The position numbers and the translations under genes were made by a program. A DNA stretch of 64,000 bases. Origin: Dehalococcoidia bacterium. GTDB taxonomy: Bacteria > Chloroflexota > Dehalococcoidia > Lucifugimonadales > GCA-2712585. The notes under the pieces are model-generated. The model had not been told where the DNA came from. It saw nothing but the letters and a program-made list of their open reading frames with translations, and searched no databases. Position 1 is the first letter of the stretch. The number at the start of each line of letters is the position of its first letter. The stretch lies in contig OZ250180.1 of the NCBI GenBank assembly GCA_965238215.1, positions 25,648 through 89,647 on the forward strand. The letters are read 5' to 3'. Of the stretch, positions 30,663 through 40,845 are shown piece after piece.

Positions 30663-31753
30663 GTGCACAGCCAATTGGAACTGCATGAAGCACTCATCTC
30701 AATCGGTCTGATCATTGTTGTTGCAAAATTGCTGGAAGGTGTATTCAAACGATTCGGCCTTAACTCGATAATCGCCTACGCCACCACCGGAGTGATCCTT
30801 GGTCCCGCGACCGGACTAGTGGAGGCGGGGACCGAGGTCGAGGTTATCCTGGGCATAGGCATCTTCATATTCTTCTTCCTTATCGGCTTAGAAGAACTGG
30901 ACATTAGGGGATTCTTTCGGGTTATTCGCGGGCGTCTCTGCCTCACGTCGGTATTGTCTGTGACCATATCACTTTTGGTGTCCCTGTCGGTTACCACCGA
31001 CACTTTGTTCGATTTGGGGTTAGACCTCGATTTTACGCAGGCATTGGGATTGGCCGGGGTGCTCTGGCGGGTAAATTTGCCGGCTCGTTTATCAGCGCCT
31101 ACATTACGCGGCTCGATGCTCCCTTCGCGACAGCCACAGGTCTGATGGCCAAAGGAGTGGCTGAAATTGCGATTCTGCTCCTGCTGCTCCACACAGGGGC
31201 AATCGACAAGGGAGTATTCTCTTTGTTGGTGCTCGTCATGTTCGGGTACATCCTATTGACGCCCATGGGCATCAGTTTTGCGCTCAAAAGGCTCAAACGC
31301 CCCGAGGCCGTTACTACACAAGGACAAGTCCCACCGTCACTAGTCCGGTTCGCCCTGGAAGGAATCAGGGTTCAGGACGTCCTGGACCGCTCTCGGAGTC
31401 ATCCTGAAAAGTCGCTATCGGTAAAGGCGTTTGCAGAGACTTGGCTTTTTCCGAAACAGCACGATTACGTGGTTGTGGACCATTGTAAGCTCGCCCGCAT
31501 AGCGTCGCTAAGCATGCTGCGCTACCTCCCTCGGAGTGAGTGGGAGCAAACTTCCCTCAGCAGGGTGATGCGTCAAAATACGCCGAATGCCTACGCCGAC
31601 GAATTGGTGGAAGATGCGCTCCAGCGAATGATTGAGGAGTCTTTAACCGTACTCCCTGTTGTTGATAGGGAAACAGGGGAGTTGATAGGTTCAATCTCCA
31701 GCCACGAAGTATTGGAGATGATTGCGCTGACCGCCAGGGGTCACGAAATCTAG
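30663..31753 (+). pseudogene. Cation:proton antiporter (CPA2-like) with a C-terminal CBS pair, carrying an out-of-frame internal deletion
   Basis: The N-terminal 5 TM helices (...FTQALGLAGVL) switch frame near 31065 to LAGKFAGSFISAYITRLDAPFATATGLMAKGVAEIAILLLL (the last TM helices). This is followed by CBS-like VQDVLDRS...YVVVDH... and ...LTVLPVVDRETGELIGSIS. Roughly 180-200 aa of a normal TM core is missing. Confidence 0.65.
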
Positions 31754-31823
31754 GGCACTACATTTCCGTCCCGGGAACAGCAGCAGGTGCTCCCGGTCAT
31801 GGTAAGAACTCAGATGTGGACGA

Positions 31824-32351
31824 ATGATGAATAGGTTGAAGACACTGGGCGCGAGGCGGAGCCTTGTGCTTGAGGGTCGGCGGATATATAGGAAGGCCCG
31901 CCGACGCTGGAAGGATTACCTGCTTCAGTGCGGTCTGTCTGCTCTGGCGCTGCTGTTAATCCCGCTGTTTGTAGATGTGGTCTTTAGGACCGCCATCAGC
32001 GTGGCCATTGCTTCCTCCGCCTTTATCGTCTTCGTGATGCCGGATAACGGGGCATCCAGTCCCCGGCGGGTCATAGGCGGGCACGTAATGGCAGCGATTG
32101 TCGGTACGGCGATTTCCACGGTGCATCTAGACCCGATGTTTGGCGAACTGACCTTAGAGTCTCACTTGGCCGAAGATATCATTGCTGTGTCATCAGTCGG
32201 TATCAGTATCTTGCTCATGCTCTTGACAAGTACGGAGCACCAGCAGGCCGCAGGCGCCGCCCTCGGGCTTGTAGTCGGTGGATGGGACCCGTCGGCGATC
32301 TTGTTCGCGTTGGTGGGGCGACGGTCCTCTCTCTTGCTCACACGCTACTGA
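31824..32351 (+). CDS. HPP-family membrane protein (motif-variant)
   Basis: ASSAFIVFVMPDNGASSPRRVIGGHVMAAIVG matches the HPP-family N-terminal block. The eponymous HPP motif position reads TSTEHQQAAGAALG. Confidence 0.65.
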   Translation: MMNRLKTLGARRSLVLEGRRIYRKARRRWKDYLLQCGLSALALLLIPLFVDVVFRTAISVAIASSAFIVFVMPDNGASSPRRVIGGHVMAAIVGTAISTVHLDPMFGELTLESHLAEDIIAVSSVGISILLMLLTSTEHQQAAGAALGLVVGGWDPSAILFALVGRRSSLLLTRY

Positions 32352-32797
32352 AGTCGCGTATGGTCAACTTGCTCTAACCTCTAGTACCCCCGACTTGGCC
32401 TTCCGTAGATGTTCCACAAGAATGCCGGAGCACTTTTAACCCAGAATGACGTTGCTTTCTATCTCAATGCCACTATCGGACTGTCTCGAATGTGGGGTGC
32501 ACTGTTATATTTATCTGGACATGTTCGGCATGGGCCGCATTTCCGCCTCGGAACAACGCGATGGCTCACGGCCACCACCAGCTATATCCTAGACGGCAAC
32601 TGCACCCGAACTGCAACGAGCAAGCATTCCAGGGATATACGGACGATGATGGCATAGCAGAGAAGTTGGCCGGTACCATTCGATCTGTGTATCGAAATGG
32701 GGAGACTCACTGGGAAAGCCATTTGATACCCTGGGAAGGTCAATGCTATCATCAGTTCACTCCGGCATCTCCCAAATCCACCTAGTGAGGTTGTGAA

Positions 32798-34708
32798 ATG
32801 GAAGCCATAAATCCCCTCGTCGATAGGTGGCTAAAAGACGCAGCCCAAGACCCCGACGGCTTTTGGGAGCGCGCCGCCCAGTCTCTTCCTTGGTTCCGAG
32901 GTTGGGATACTGTCTTCAAGTGGGAGTTCCCTAACTTTCAATGGTTTTCCGGTGCGGAAACCAACCTTGCGTATAACTGCGTAGACCGCCATGCCCAAGG
33001 CCCCCAGAGGGGGCGCGCAGCCCTGGTTTATGTCAATGAGCGCGGGGAAAGAGTCGTCCTCACCTACGCCCAGCTTCTGCACGAGGTTCGCAAGGTTGCA
33101 GCCGCCTTACGGGGAATGGGGATCCAGAAGGGCGACCGCATAACCATCTACATGCCCGTATGCCCTGAAGCCATCATCCTAATGCTGGCAACCGTTCGCA
33201 TCGGCGCCATACACTCCGTGGTCTTTGCCGGATTCGGAGCGGGCGCTCTAGCAGAACGGATTCAGGCCAGCGGCTCCAAACTCGTCTTCGCCACAGACAT
33301 TACCTATCGCAAGGGCGCTGACATCCCATTGAAATCCATAGTTGACGATTCCCTAGCCGGTGGGGATAGCCCGGTAACCAACGTAATTATCCTACGCCGA
33401 GGTAAGGACGCGGTGCCCATGACTCCGGGTAGAGACCTATCCTGGGACCAATTCCTTGCCAAAGCGGAGGGGCAAAGTAACGAATATACACGCATGGAGG
33501 CTAACGAAACTGCCTTCATCCTGGCTACCTCCGGCACCACTGCCAAACCCAAGCTGGTAGTCCACACCCACGGCGGCTACCAGGTAGGCATTCATAGCAT
33601 GGCACAGTGGTGCTTTGGCATGAAACCTACCGATGTTTGGTGGGCCAGTTCCGACATAGGATGGATCGTCGGTCACAGCTACATCGTATACGCTCCCCTC
33701 CTTGCCGGCTGCACCACCATCGCCTATGAGGGAGCCGTTGACTATCCAAGCCACGACGCGGTCTGGCGTATCGTCGAAGAGTTTGGAGTAACTGGTATTT
33801 TCACATCACCCACCGCGGTACGGCTAATGACACGTTACGGAGAGAGCGCCATGCCCAAGTCCAACCTCAACTCTCTGGAGCGCGTATTTTGTGCCGGCGA
33901 GGTTCTGAACCCTCCCGCTTGGGAATGGCTCCAGAAGGAGGCTTTTGGGAACCGGATACCAGTGATTGACCACTATTGGCAAACGGAAACGGGAGGTCCC
34001 ATCATCGGCAATCCTTACGGCCTGTCATTGCTGCCCATCAAGCCCGGCTCTGCCGCCATACCCCTGCCTGGCATCGATGTGACCGTCATGACCCCGGAAG
34101 GTGAATTGTGTGGCCCGGAAGAGAAGGGCATTCTGGTTATCAATCGTCCCTTCCCCAGCTTGACGCCCGCCCTCTGGGGTGAACCGGACAGGTACGCCGC
34201 CGATTACTGGACTCGCATTCCTGGAAAGCAGGTCTACTTTGCCGGGGACTCCGCCCACATAGATGAGGATGGCTACGTCTGGTTTGCAGGCCGTGCCGAC
34301 GAGGTAATTAAGATAGCAGCCCATCGCATCGGCACCGTGGAGGTGGAATCCGCCCTGCTCACTCACCCCAGCGTAGCCGAAGCCGGCGTCACGGGACGTC
34401 CTGATGATCTAAGAGGGGAGGTCATTTCCGCCTTCGCAGTTCTAAAGAGCGGCTATCAGCCCTCTGATCAGCTTCGCCGTGAGATAATTCAGGCCGTTCG
34501 CCGTACCCTTGGTCCCATCGCCGTCATTGGAGAATTGAATTTCGTAGAGCTGTTGCCAAAGACGCGAAGTGGCAAGATCATGCGACGCGTCTTGAAAGCT
34601 GTTGTTCTCGACCAGGACCCCGGTGACATCACCACCATCGAAGATGAAGGCTCGGTAGAAGACGCCCGTCAGGCATGGCTTCAAATGAAAGCCTCAGCTA
34701 ACAGCTAA
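32798..34708 (+). CDS. AMP-forming acetyl/propionyl-CoA synthetase family enzyme
   Basis: TSGTTAKPKLVVHTHGGY (AMP-binding motif), YWQTETGG, FAGDSAHIDEDGYVWFAGRADEVIKIAAHRIG, LPKTRSGKIMRR. 636 aa. Confidence 0.9.
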   Translation: MEAINPLVDRWLKDAAQDPDGFWERAAQSLPWFRGWDTVFKWEFPNFQWFSGAETNLAYNCVDRHAQGPQRGRAALVYVNERGERVVLTYAQLLHEVRKVAAALRGMGIQKGDRITIYMPVCPEAIILMLATVRIGAIHSVVFAGFGAGALAERIQASGSKLVFATDITYRKGADIPLKSIVDDSLAGGDSPVTNVIILRRGKDAVPMTPGRDLSWDQFLAKAEGQSNEYTRMEANETAFILATSGTTAKPKLVVHTHGGYQVGIHSMAQWCFGMKPTDVWWASSDIGWIVGHSYIVYAPLLAGCTTIAYEGAVDYPSHDAVWRIVEEFGVTGIFTSPTAVRLMTRYGESAMPKSNLNSLERVFCAGEVLNPPAWEWLQKEAFGNRIPVIDHYWQTETGGPIIGNPYGLSLLPIKPGSAAIPLPGIDVTVMTPEGELCGPEEKGILVINRPFPSLTPALWGEPDRYAADYWTRIPGKQVYFAGDSAHIDEDGYVWFAGRADEVIKIAAHRIGTVEVESALLTHPSVAEAGVTGRPDDLRGEVISAFAVLKSGYQPSDQLRREIIQAVRRTLGPIAVIGELNFVELLPKTRSGKIMRRVLKAVVLDQDPGDITTIEDEGSVEDARQAWLQMKASANS

Positions 34709-34804
34709 GACTAGCTTCTCCAAGCATCCCATAATCAGGGACTGCTGATACTCTAACGAAATAGAAGCGGAAAGCCTAAGCGAGGGAAGGAGCAATCATC
34801 TCTA

Positions 34805-35497
34805 TTGCTTGAATCGGACGCCCTTCGCAGAACAGCTCTGATTCTGGTATTTGCCGGTCTGCTGTGGAACCTGGTAGAGGCCGGAGTCTCATTGTGGGCG
34901 GGAGTGCAGGCCGGAAGCGTGGCCTTGCTGGCTTTCGGGATAGACAGCATCGTAGAGCTTCTTGCGGGCGGGGTCTTGGTGTGGCGGTTGAGGGCAGAGC
35001 GGAGCGAATTGGACGCAGAGGCAGCTGAGAGAAGGGCACAAAAGCTCCTGGGGTTCAGCTTCTTTCTCTTGGCGGCATACATTCTCCTCCATTCCGGAAC
35101 CAACCTCCTGGGATGGTTGCCGGAGCCGCGGCCGAGCCTCGTGGGTGTTGGGATTGTCGTAGCAAGCGCCATCGTGATGACTGGCCTCTACGTAGGCAAG
35201 ATGCGTATCGCCACTAAGATGCAGTCCAGGTCTTTGAGAGCGGAGGCCATGGAAAGCCTGTTTTGCGATCTTCAGGACCTGACCATCCTGGTGGGACTGG
35301 GTCTCAACAGTTTATTCTCCTGGTGGTGGGCAGATCCCGTGTCGGCCCTGTTCCTGGTTCCCTTTTTCGTCAAGGAAGGCCTCGAGAACTTCTTTGAACA
35401 TGGGGAAGAGCATGAAGACCATGGACCTCGAGTCTGCTTTTGCCGGAGTTGCTTCTATGGCTTGCGCAGCTGCAGAGCGGAATGTTGTCAAGCCTAA
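34805..35497 (+). CDS. Cation-efflux (CDF-like) membrane protein lacking the cytoplasmic domain, with a Cys-rich tail
   Basis: Six hydrophobic helices. The N-terminal LWNLVEAGVSLWAGVQAGSVALLAFGIDSIVE resembles CDF TM1-2. The tail is CFCRSCFYGLRSCRAECC. Confidence 0.55.
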   Translation: MLESDALRRTALILVFAGLLWNLVEAGVSLWAGVQAGSVALLAFGIDSIVELLAGGVLVWRLRAERSELDAEAAERRAQKLLGFSFFLLAAYILLHSGTNLLGWLPEPRPSLVGVGIVVASAIVMTGLYVGKMRIATKMQSRSLRAEAMESLFCDLQDLTILVGLGLNSLFSWWWADPVSALFLVPFFVKEGLENFFEHGEEHEDHGPRVCFCRSCFYGLRSCRAECCQA

Positions 35498-35509
35498 ACC
35501 TGCAGATGT

Positions 35510-35713
35510 GTGCAAGCCGCCTACGAAGTTGCCGAATATGTCATGAAGCTACGGACTGCAGTGACCGAGTTTGCCGGAGAACGTACCGTCTCAGAATTGA
35601 TTGAGGCCGTGGGAACGGAATCAGCGTATTTGGTGGAGGAATTGTGGCAGGCAGAAGCCAACGACTATTGGAATACGAGGATACGTCCCGCTCTTATAAA
35701 ATTGGATCACTGA
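35510..35713 (+). CDS. Hypothetical 67-aa protein
   Basis: GTG-start ORF 13 nt after the CDF-like stop. Helical-looking sequence with no recognisable family. Confidence 0.25.
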   Translation: MQAAYEVAEYVMKLRTAVTEFAGERTVSELIEAVGTESAYLVEELWQAEANDYWNTRIRPALIKLDH

Positions 35714-35837
35714 GAATAAAGCAGCTTCATCCCAGGTCATATTTGGATTTGCTGATGGCCTTTACGTGTACTTTGACCCACAAGGATCACGTTCAATCTA
35801 GTCTGTAAATCTTGATGAAGTCCTTTCGTCTACCGGG

Positions 35838-36470
35838 CTAGCTTGTTTCGCCGGTGTAAAATGCAGTCGTGCGCCTCGCCGCCGCACCTGCAGCCTCCGG
35901 GTCCGTTCCGGTTACGACCGATGCGTGTCCCCACCTCTCGCTGCTGCCTGTGATGAACGCCTTTCCGCCCGGAGAAGTAGCAAAAGCGGCTTCGTCGGGC
36001 TTTGGCTCGTTCGGTTGCACGATGTGGATCGCCAGTCCCATGAGACCCAACTCCCAACCCACGCCTACTGCCCCTGGTCCATACTCTGTCCAGTGCTCCG
36101 AAAGCAGTGAGGTGTGGGTGAGTGTAAGCCTTGTATGGCTGGCTTCATCGGTCGAAAATCGTACTTCTACCCAGCTGACGTCCCCGGCGAACTCCCATGT
36201 GAGCGTGAAATGCGATAGACGTTCGCACGCCATTATCATGCCGCCTGCGTTGCCCTCCAACTGATAGCGACCGCCGGGGCTGAGATCGCCGCTAATCGGC
36301 AGAAACCAGCGCGGAATGCGCTCGGCGTTAGTCAGGGCGTCCCACAAGTCCTCAATCGCCGACTCGTAGATTCGGGAAAGAGTGACCGCGCGAGCGGGTA
36401 GTCCATCGCGCTTCAGCGATGAGACGGAGCGCTCTACAGCGTCGAGATGACCTTCGACATCGAATTTCAT
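35838..36470 (-). CDS. SRPBCC / AHSA1-like ligand-binding domain protein
   Basis: ESAIEDLWDALTNAERIPRWF...GGRYQLEG...FTLTWEF...SWVEVRF...TRLTLTH pattern typical of the Aha1/START-like SRPBCC fold. Confidence 0.75.
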   Translation of the reverse strand: MKFDVEGHLDAVERSVSSLKRDGLPARAVTLSRIYESAIEDLWDALTNAERIPRWFLPISGDLSPGGRYQLEGNAGGMIMACERLSHFTLTWEFAGDVSWVEVRFSTDEASHTRLTLTHTSLLSEHWTEYGPGAVGVGWELGLMGLAIHIVQPNEPKPDEAAFATSPGGKAFITGSSERWGHASVVTGTDPEAAGAAARRTTAFYTGETS

Positions 36471-36530
36471 AGTTTGCTTTTGCCTTTCCTAAGAGACCGT
36501 CCCCAAACAGTCTCTTTTGTTGAAAGGACG

Positions 36531-38273
36531 TTACCGATAAATTTCCTCGCCTCGCTGGAGACGAAGGGCAATCTGATAAGTCTGGCCTTCGGCCCGGGGA
36601 GTGGGGGAATGGGCAGCAAGAAAGCGGGATAGGCCTATCATCACGTGGCGACCAGACTCCGTGCCTTCTCGCGAAGCAAACTGGCTGAATGCGGCGTCGA
36701 CAATTTGGAACGAGTGGAAATCGGCATCCTCCCGTAGCATCAACCGCCCCATGGTGGCCAGAAGGTTTTCCGTCGACCTGTCGTCGACGAGGTAGTCGGA
36801 TACAGCCTTGGCTAATTCTTCAACCTGCTGGCGGACGTTTACCATATCCAGTAGGCGCTCAAGCTGCTCTGAGGAGGATTCGTGGCCAGGCGTTCCAGCG
36901 GGAAGCGGCATGGCTGGCATATTGAGGAATCGATCGAGGTAAATGCTCATAGCAATGTCGTACACGCCCCGCAGCAGCTCCGGAGTGGGAGTCCGTTTCA
37001 AGGCCTGATGCAGGCCATGGGCGGCGGTCAGAGTATTGTGCACCGTGTCCCAGTCTCGAAACTCGTTGGACGTGTGGAAATGGGCCATGCGGAGGAAGGC
37101 TGCATGAGCGGCCGCCGCTCCAAGCTGCTCGGCAGTGGCCCCGAACAGGATGCTGTTGTTGATTGCAGCAATGATTTCCCCTGGTGAGTCGCCTAACATT
37201 TCCGAAGCCAACGAGTCGGATTCGTTCCAACTGCCTGACCTTTCTTGTCCCCGGGCCAAGAGACTCGGTAGTTCCGCCCGCGCCTCCCAGACTATCGAGG
37301 CGATGTCGATAGGATTACGCCACTGGCTGAGTTCCTCGCTGCGGCGAGCCCGGGCCATCCCATGCACCAAGCTCGGGAGCACTTGCCCCGCCATCCCCCA
37401 CCCCAGGTGGTCCAGCAACTCGAAAGCTTTGTTTGTGAAGTCCACCACGTGGCCGCCGTCAAGATAAATGTGGTCGGTGGCCGAAGCGAAGATCATGCTG
37501 GCGATCTCTTCCCTGGAGACTCCGACCTCAATGGCGGTGGCTAGACATCTCTCGGCCCCCTCGTCATCCCGAACCTCGATGAAGTTACGAAACCATGAAG
37601 CGAACACCTCCGGGCGCGTCTCTCCGGTGGGCAACGCGTCAATGGGAAAGCGAGGGGCCTTCCCGGAACACTCCCTGGCAACTTGAAGAAGACCCTGGTA
37701 CAGCGCCCGGGGACGGTCTTCCTCGCGCAGCTTTAGCAGGATGTTGGCGGTGCAGGTCAGGATGCTCATGGCCGGACCCCAACCGTTGGCCGAGTAGGTG
37801 GCGCCGAACTGAGCGCCTATTCTCAGCGGCTCCCGGTGGTCCGCACCGGCGGTCTGCAGCCCGAGTACCGCCTTGGCTATGACCAGGCGTATATTGTGCT
37901 CCAGTCCATTATTCAGCCGGCCCCGCCAGTGCCGTCCTTCATCACGTGACGGCGGATATGGGTCGACCCACACCTCCTCATCTAAGACAATTACCGGAAA
38001 GGTGCGCACGTCGTCAGCGAAGGGGTTAAATGTGCCGCCGCCCGCGAGGTCAAAGCGGGCGTGATGCCAGTGGCAGGTGAGAATACCATCCTTGACACTG
38101 CCCCTATCCAAGGGGAAACCCATGTGGGGACATCGATTGTCCACGGCGCGAACCTGTCCATCGTGGTGGAACACAGCAATTGTGTGTCCCCCACCTGTGA
38201 CCACGGTGCAGCCACGCTCCTTTAGCTGCTCCACTGAACCAACTCTGATGTGTCGCTTCACTAACGTTGACAT
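36531..38273 (-). CDS. Rieske [2Fe-2S] domain fused to a roughly 470-aa uncharacterised alpha-helical domain
   Basis: CPHMGFPL, then 16 residues, then CHWHHARFD (CxH...CxxH Rieske ligands) within the first about 100 aa. I recognise no motif in the remaining 470 aa. Confidence 0.8.
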   Translation of the reverse strand: MSTLVKRHIRVGSVEQLKERGCTVVTGGGHTIAVFHHDGQVRAVDNRCPHMGFPLDRGSVKDGILTCHWHHARFDLAGGGTFNPFADDVRTFPVIVLDEEVWVDPYPPSRDEGRHWRGRLNNGLEHNIRLVIAKAVLGLQTAGADHREPLRIGAQFGATYSANGWGPAMSILTCTANILLKLREEDRPRALYQGLLQVARECSGKAPRFPIDALPTGETRPEVFASWFRNFIEVRDDEGAERCLATAIEVGVSREEIASMIFASATDHIYLDGGHVVDFTNKAFELLDHLGWGMAGQVLPSLVHGMARARRSEELSQWRNPIDIASIVWEARAELPSLLARGQERSGSWNESDSLASEMLGDSPGEIIAAINNSILFGATAEQLGAAAAHAAFLRMAHFHTSNEFRDWDTVHNTLTAAHGLHQALKRTPTPELLRGVYDIAMSIYLDRFLNMPAMPLPAGTPGHESSSEQLERLLDMVNVRQQVEELAKAVSDYLVDDRSTENLLATMGRLMLREDADFHSFQIVDAAFSQFASREGTESGRHVMIGLSRFLAAHSPTPRAEGQTYQIALRLQRGEEIYR

Positions 38274-38337
38274 GTTTACGCCTCCTTAACCGAGTTCCAA
38301 TTACCTATCTTTCTATCCTAACAGATGGTGGGTTTAG

Positions 38338-39912
38338 CTAACCGGCCGCTATCCAATCCACCACACGCTCGCCGATCATGAGAGCCGTGGGATGGAGGCC
38401 CCCCGACCTGGGAATCCGCGGCACGACTGAAGCGTCGGCCACCCATAACTTCTGCACTCCCTTTACCCGGCAGTATTGGTCGACCACCGCCATAGGGTCT
38501 TTGTCCGGCCCCATCCTACAGGTGCCGGACACGTGTCTGGCAGAGCCCACGGTCTGACGTATCCACAAGTCCAAAGCGTCGTCGTCGGCCAGAATTTCGT
38601 CTGTCGGGCTGATCCTGTAATCTACCACGTCTTTATACGCCTCGGATTCCAGAAGTCTGGCGCCGAATCGCAGGCCTTCCCTCACCCTTCGGATGTCGTT
38701 GGGATTCCGGAGGTAGCAATAGTTGAAGGATGGCTGAACGCGGGGGTCGGAAGACGCCAACCTGACGTATCCCGAGCCTTCGGGCAAACCTAAGGTGCAC
38801 GAGATGCGCGCCGCTAGCTCGGGCGAAACATCCCCCGTCAGGTACTTCGAGCGTAGACCGGGGACGCGTTCTTCTCGTTCGTCCACCACGGTGCTGGTCT
38901 TTAGCGCCATATCGTTGATTTCCCTGGATCCTTGGGAGGTGTAATGAAGGCTGAAGTGCGGCGCATCAAGGCCGGCGGTAAGGGTCTTTCCATCTTTGAC
39001 CTTGAAAGTTAGGTGGGCGCTGAGGTGGTTCCACAGGCTCTGTCCCACGCCAGAGATCTCATACACCAGGGGTATTCCAAATTCCTTTAACTGTTCCTTG
39101 GGGCCGATACCCGACAGCAGGAGCAATTGGGGCGACCTGATAGCTCCGGCGCTCAGCACAACCCGGTCTGCCCGCACGGTGAAGATCTCTCCACCGCTTT
39201 CGGCTTCCACTCCGACCGCATTCAAGCCCTCGAATAAAATCTTTCTTACGTAAACTCCTCCCCGGACCGTAAGGTTTAGGCAATGACGGATAGGATTTAG
39301 GTAAGTGACGGCGGAACTCATTCTCATGCCGTCCAGGTTGTTGGTCGGAGTCACACCAACGCCGGAGGGGTTGGGACCGTTCGAATCCTCCGTGGCGCCG
39401 AAACCTTCCTGCAAGCAAGCATCGTAAAAGGCCCTTTGGATGTCCGGCCAAGCGGCCGAGTGGCGGCGCCTTACCGGCATCGGACCGTCAGTCCCGTGAA
39501 AGTCATCCTGAATGTCGAGGTCAGTCTCCATTTTTTTGTAGAACGGCAGCACCTTTGCATAGGACCATTCGTCGTTGCCGAGGGAAGCCCAGGAGTCAAA
39601 GTCTTCGGGAAATCCTCGTTGCATCGCTTGACCGTTGATGGAGGATCCTCCGCCAATCACCTTGCCCTGCGCCACGTGGATCTCCCCCTGCTCCTCTGTG
39701 ATCGTTCCCCGCAGGGCCCAATTGTGTTCCGAATCCGGCGACTCGGCATACCTGGTATGGCCGAACTTTACTTCGTCGGGGAGATTGGCGAAGTCGGGAT
39801 AATCATTGCCAGCTTCAAGCAGCAGGACCGAAGTGCTTGTGTTTTCAGCCAATCTGGCGGTCAACACCGATCCTGCCGATCCTCCGCCGATAATAATGAC
39901 GTCGTATTTCAT
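38338..39912 (-). CDS. GMC-family FAD-dependent oxidoreductase (choline dehydrogenase-like)
   Basis: YDVIIIGGGSAGSVLTARLAE (FAD-binding motif), GGSSINGQ, HVSGTCRMGPD near the C-terminus. 524 aa. Confidence 0.9.
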   Translation of the reverse strand: MKYDVIIIGGGSAGSVLTARLAENTSTSVLLLEAGNDYPDFANLPDEVKFGHTRYAESPDSEHNWALRGTITEEQGEIHVAQGKVIGGGSSINGQAMQRGFPEDFDSWASLGNDEWSYAKVLPFYKKMETDLDIQDDFHGTDGPMPVRRRHSAAWPDIQRAFYDACLQEGFGATEDSNGPNPSGVGVTPTNNLDGMRMSSAVTYLNPIRHCLNLTVRGGVYVRKILFEGLNAVGVEAESGGEIFTVRADRVVLSAGAIRSPQLLLLSGIGPKEQLKEFGIPLVYEISGVGQSLWNHLSAHLTFKVKDGKTLTAGLDAPHFSLHYTSQGSREINDMALKTSTVVDEREERVPGLRSKYLTGDVSPELAARISCTLGLPEGSGYVRLASSDPRVQPSFNYCYLRNPNDIRRVREGLRFGARLLESEAYKDVVDYRISPTDEILADDDALDLWIRQTVGSARHVSGTCRMGPDKDPMAVVDQYCRVKGVQKLWVADASVVPRIPRSGGLHPTALMIGERVVDWIAAG

Positions 39913-40845
39913 GGAACCCTCTCTAAACCTGCGTTTGATGTTTCAAGCTGATAACGAACATTATAGCCGTAGATTTCTTTGTGTCATTCTTCTAAGTGGG
40001 TCTGGGCTTTAACCCAACCCGCACAAGGGATGCACAGATGATGCAGAAGTCTATTTTCTATGTATCATGGTGTGCATGATTCCATTATGTGAGGTGAACG
40101 CGTTTATTTCGACGGAATTAGGGCGGTATTAAGTGATGTTGGGTTCGCCCCGAAAGAGGTCAGGGGAATCTGAAACCCACTGTTCCGATGATAACCTATA
40201 GGATCACTCCCCACCGAAAGCATCGCAGTACAGGGCAGTCCGGCCCGCTTCTTACGTCCACGCCCATACAGGACTTGAACTCTCTCCTCGACGCTTGGCC
40301 TGACCGGAATTAGCGCGTACTCAGAGGCTATAATATGGCGGCTCTCAAAACTTGGCGTTAGATGCTAAACTTCTCGTTAGTGGGTGGTTGCACTGCGGCT
40401 CAATTATTGTGCACTACACCCAACCTGGCTTCGTCAATCTCAGTTGAACTTATTAGTGGAGCGCAAGCGCCTTGGAATCACGGGACTCGTTGGAGCCTTG
40501 CCGGAACGTTGACGCTGCGCCCGCCGATATCGCGATGGATTGTAGTAACTCGGCATCTCCCGGCGAACCCGAAAATTCGGCGCCTGTGCGCAATGAATCG
40601 GACATAGCCGACGTAGCACGTCAGACCAAGACAACTGAGGAGTCGAGTAAGGCCGACCTTGGTCAGTTGCCCGGTACAACCGGTTCCAGCCCGCCTGCCG
40701 CTGGGTGCGCTTCGAGCGGCGTTTACGCAATCGATTCCCCTTCAGAAGAGACCACGGGAGCCTTAAAGAAGCCCCCCACTACCGAAAGACCTGCAGCCGG
40801 GGCAGTATCCCGCCCCAGCGTTCGACGTCCACACATCGGGCACAT

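Noticed and set aside
40138-40250. Riboswitch-like string AGGGGAAUCUGAAACCCACUGU (cobalamin or TPP-like fragments) in the MFS upstream spacer
   Set aside because: It lacks the GGUGNNAANCC hairpin and the GCCACUG box of cobalamin elements, and the CUGAGA / ACCUGAUCUGGAUAAUGCCAGCG core of TPP elements. The resemblance is limited to a few short words.
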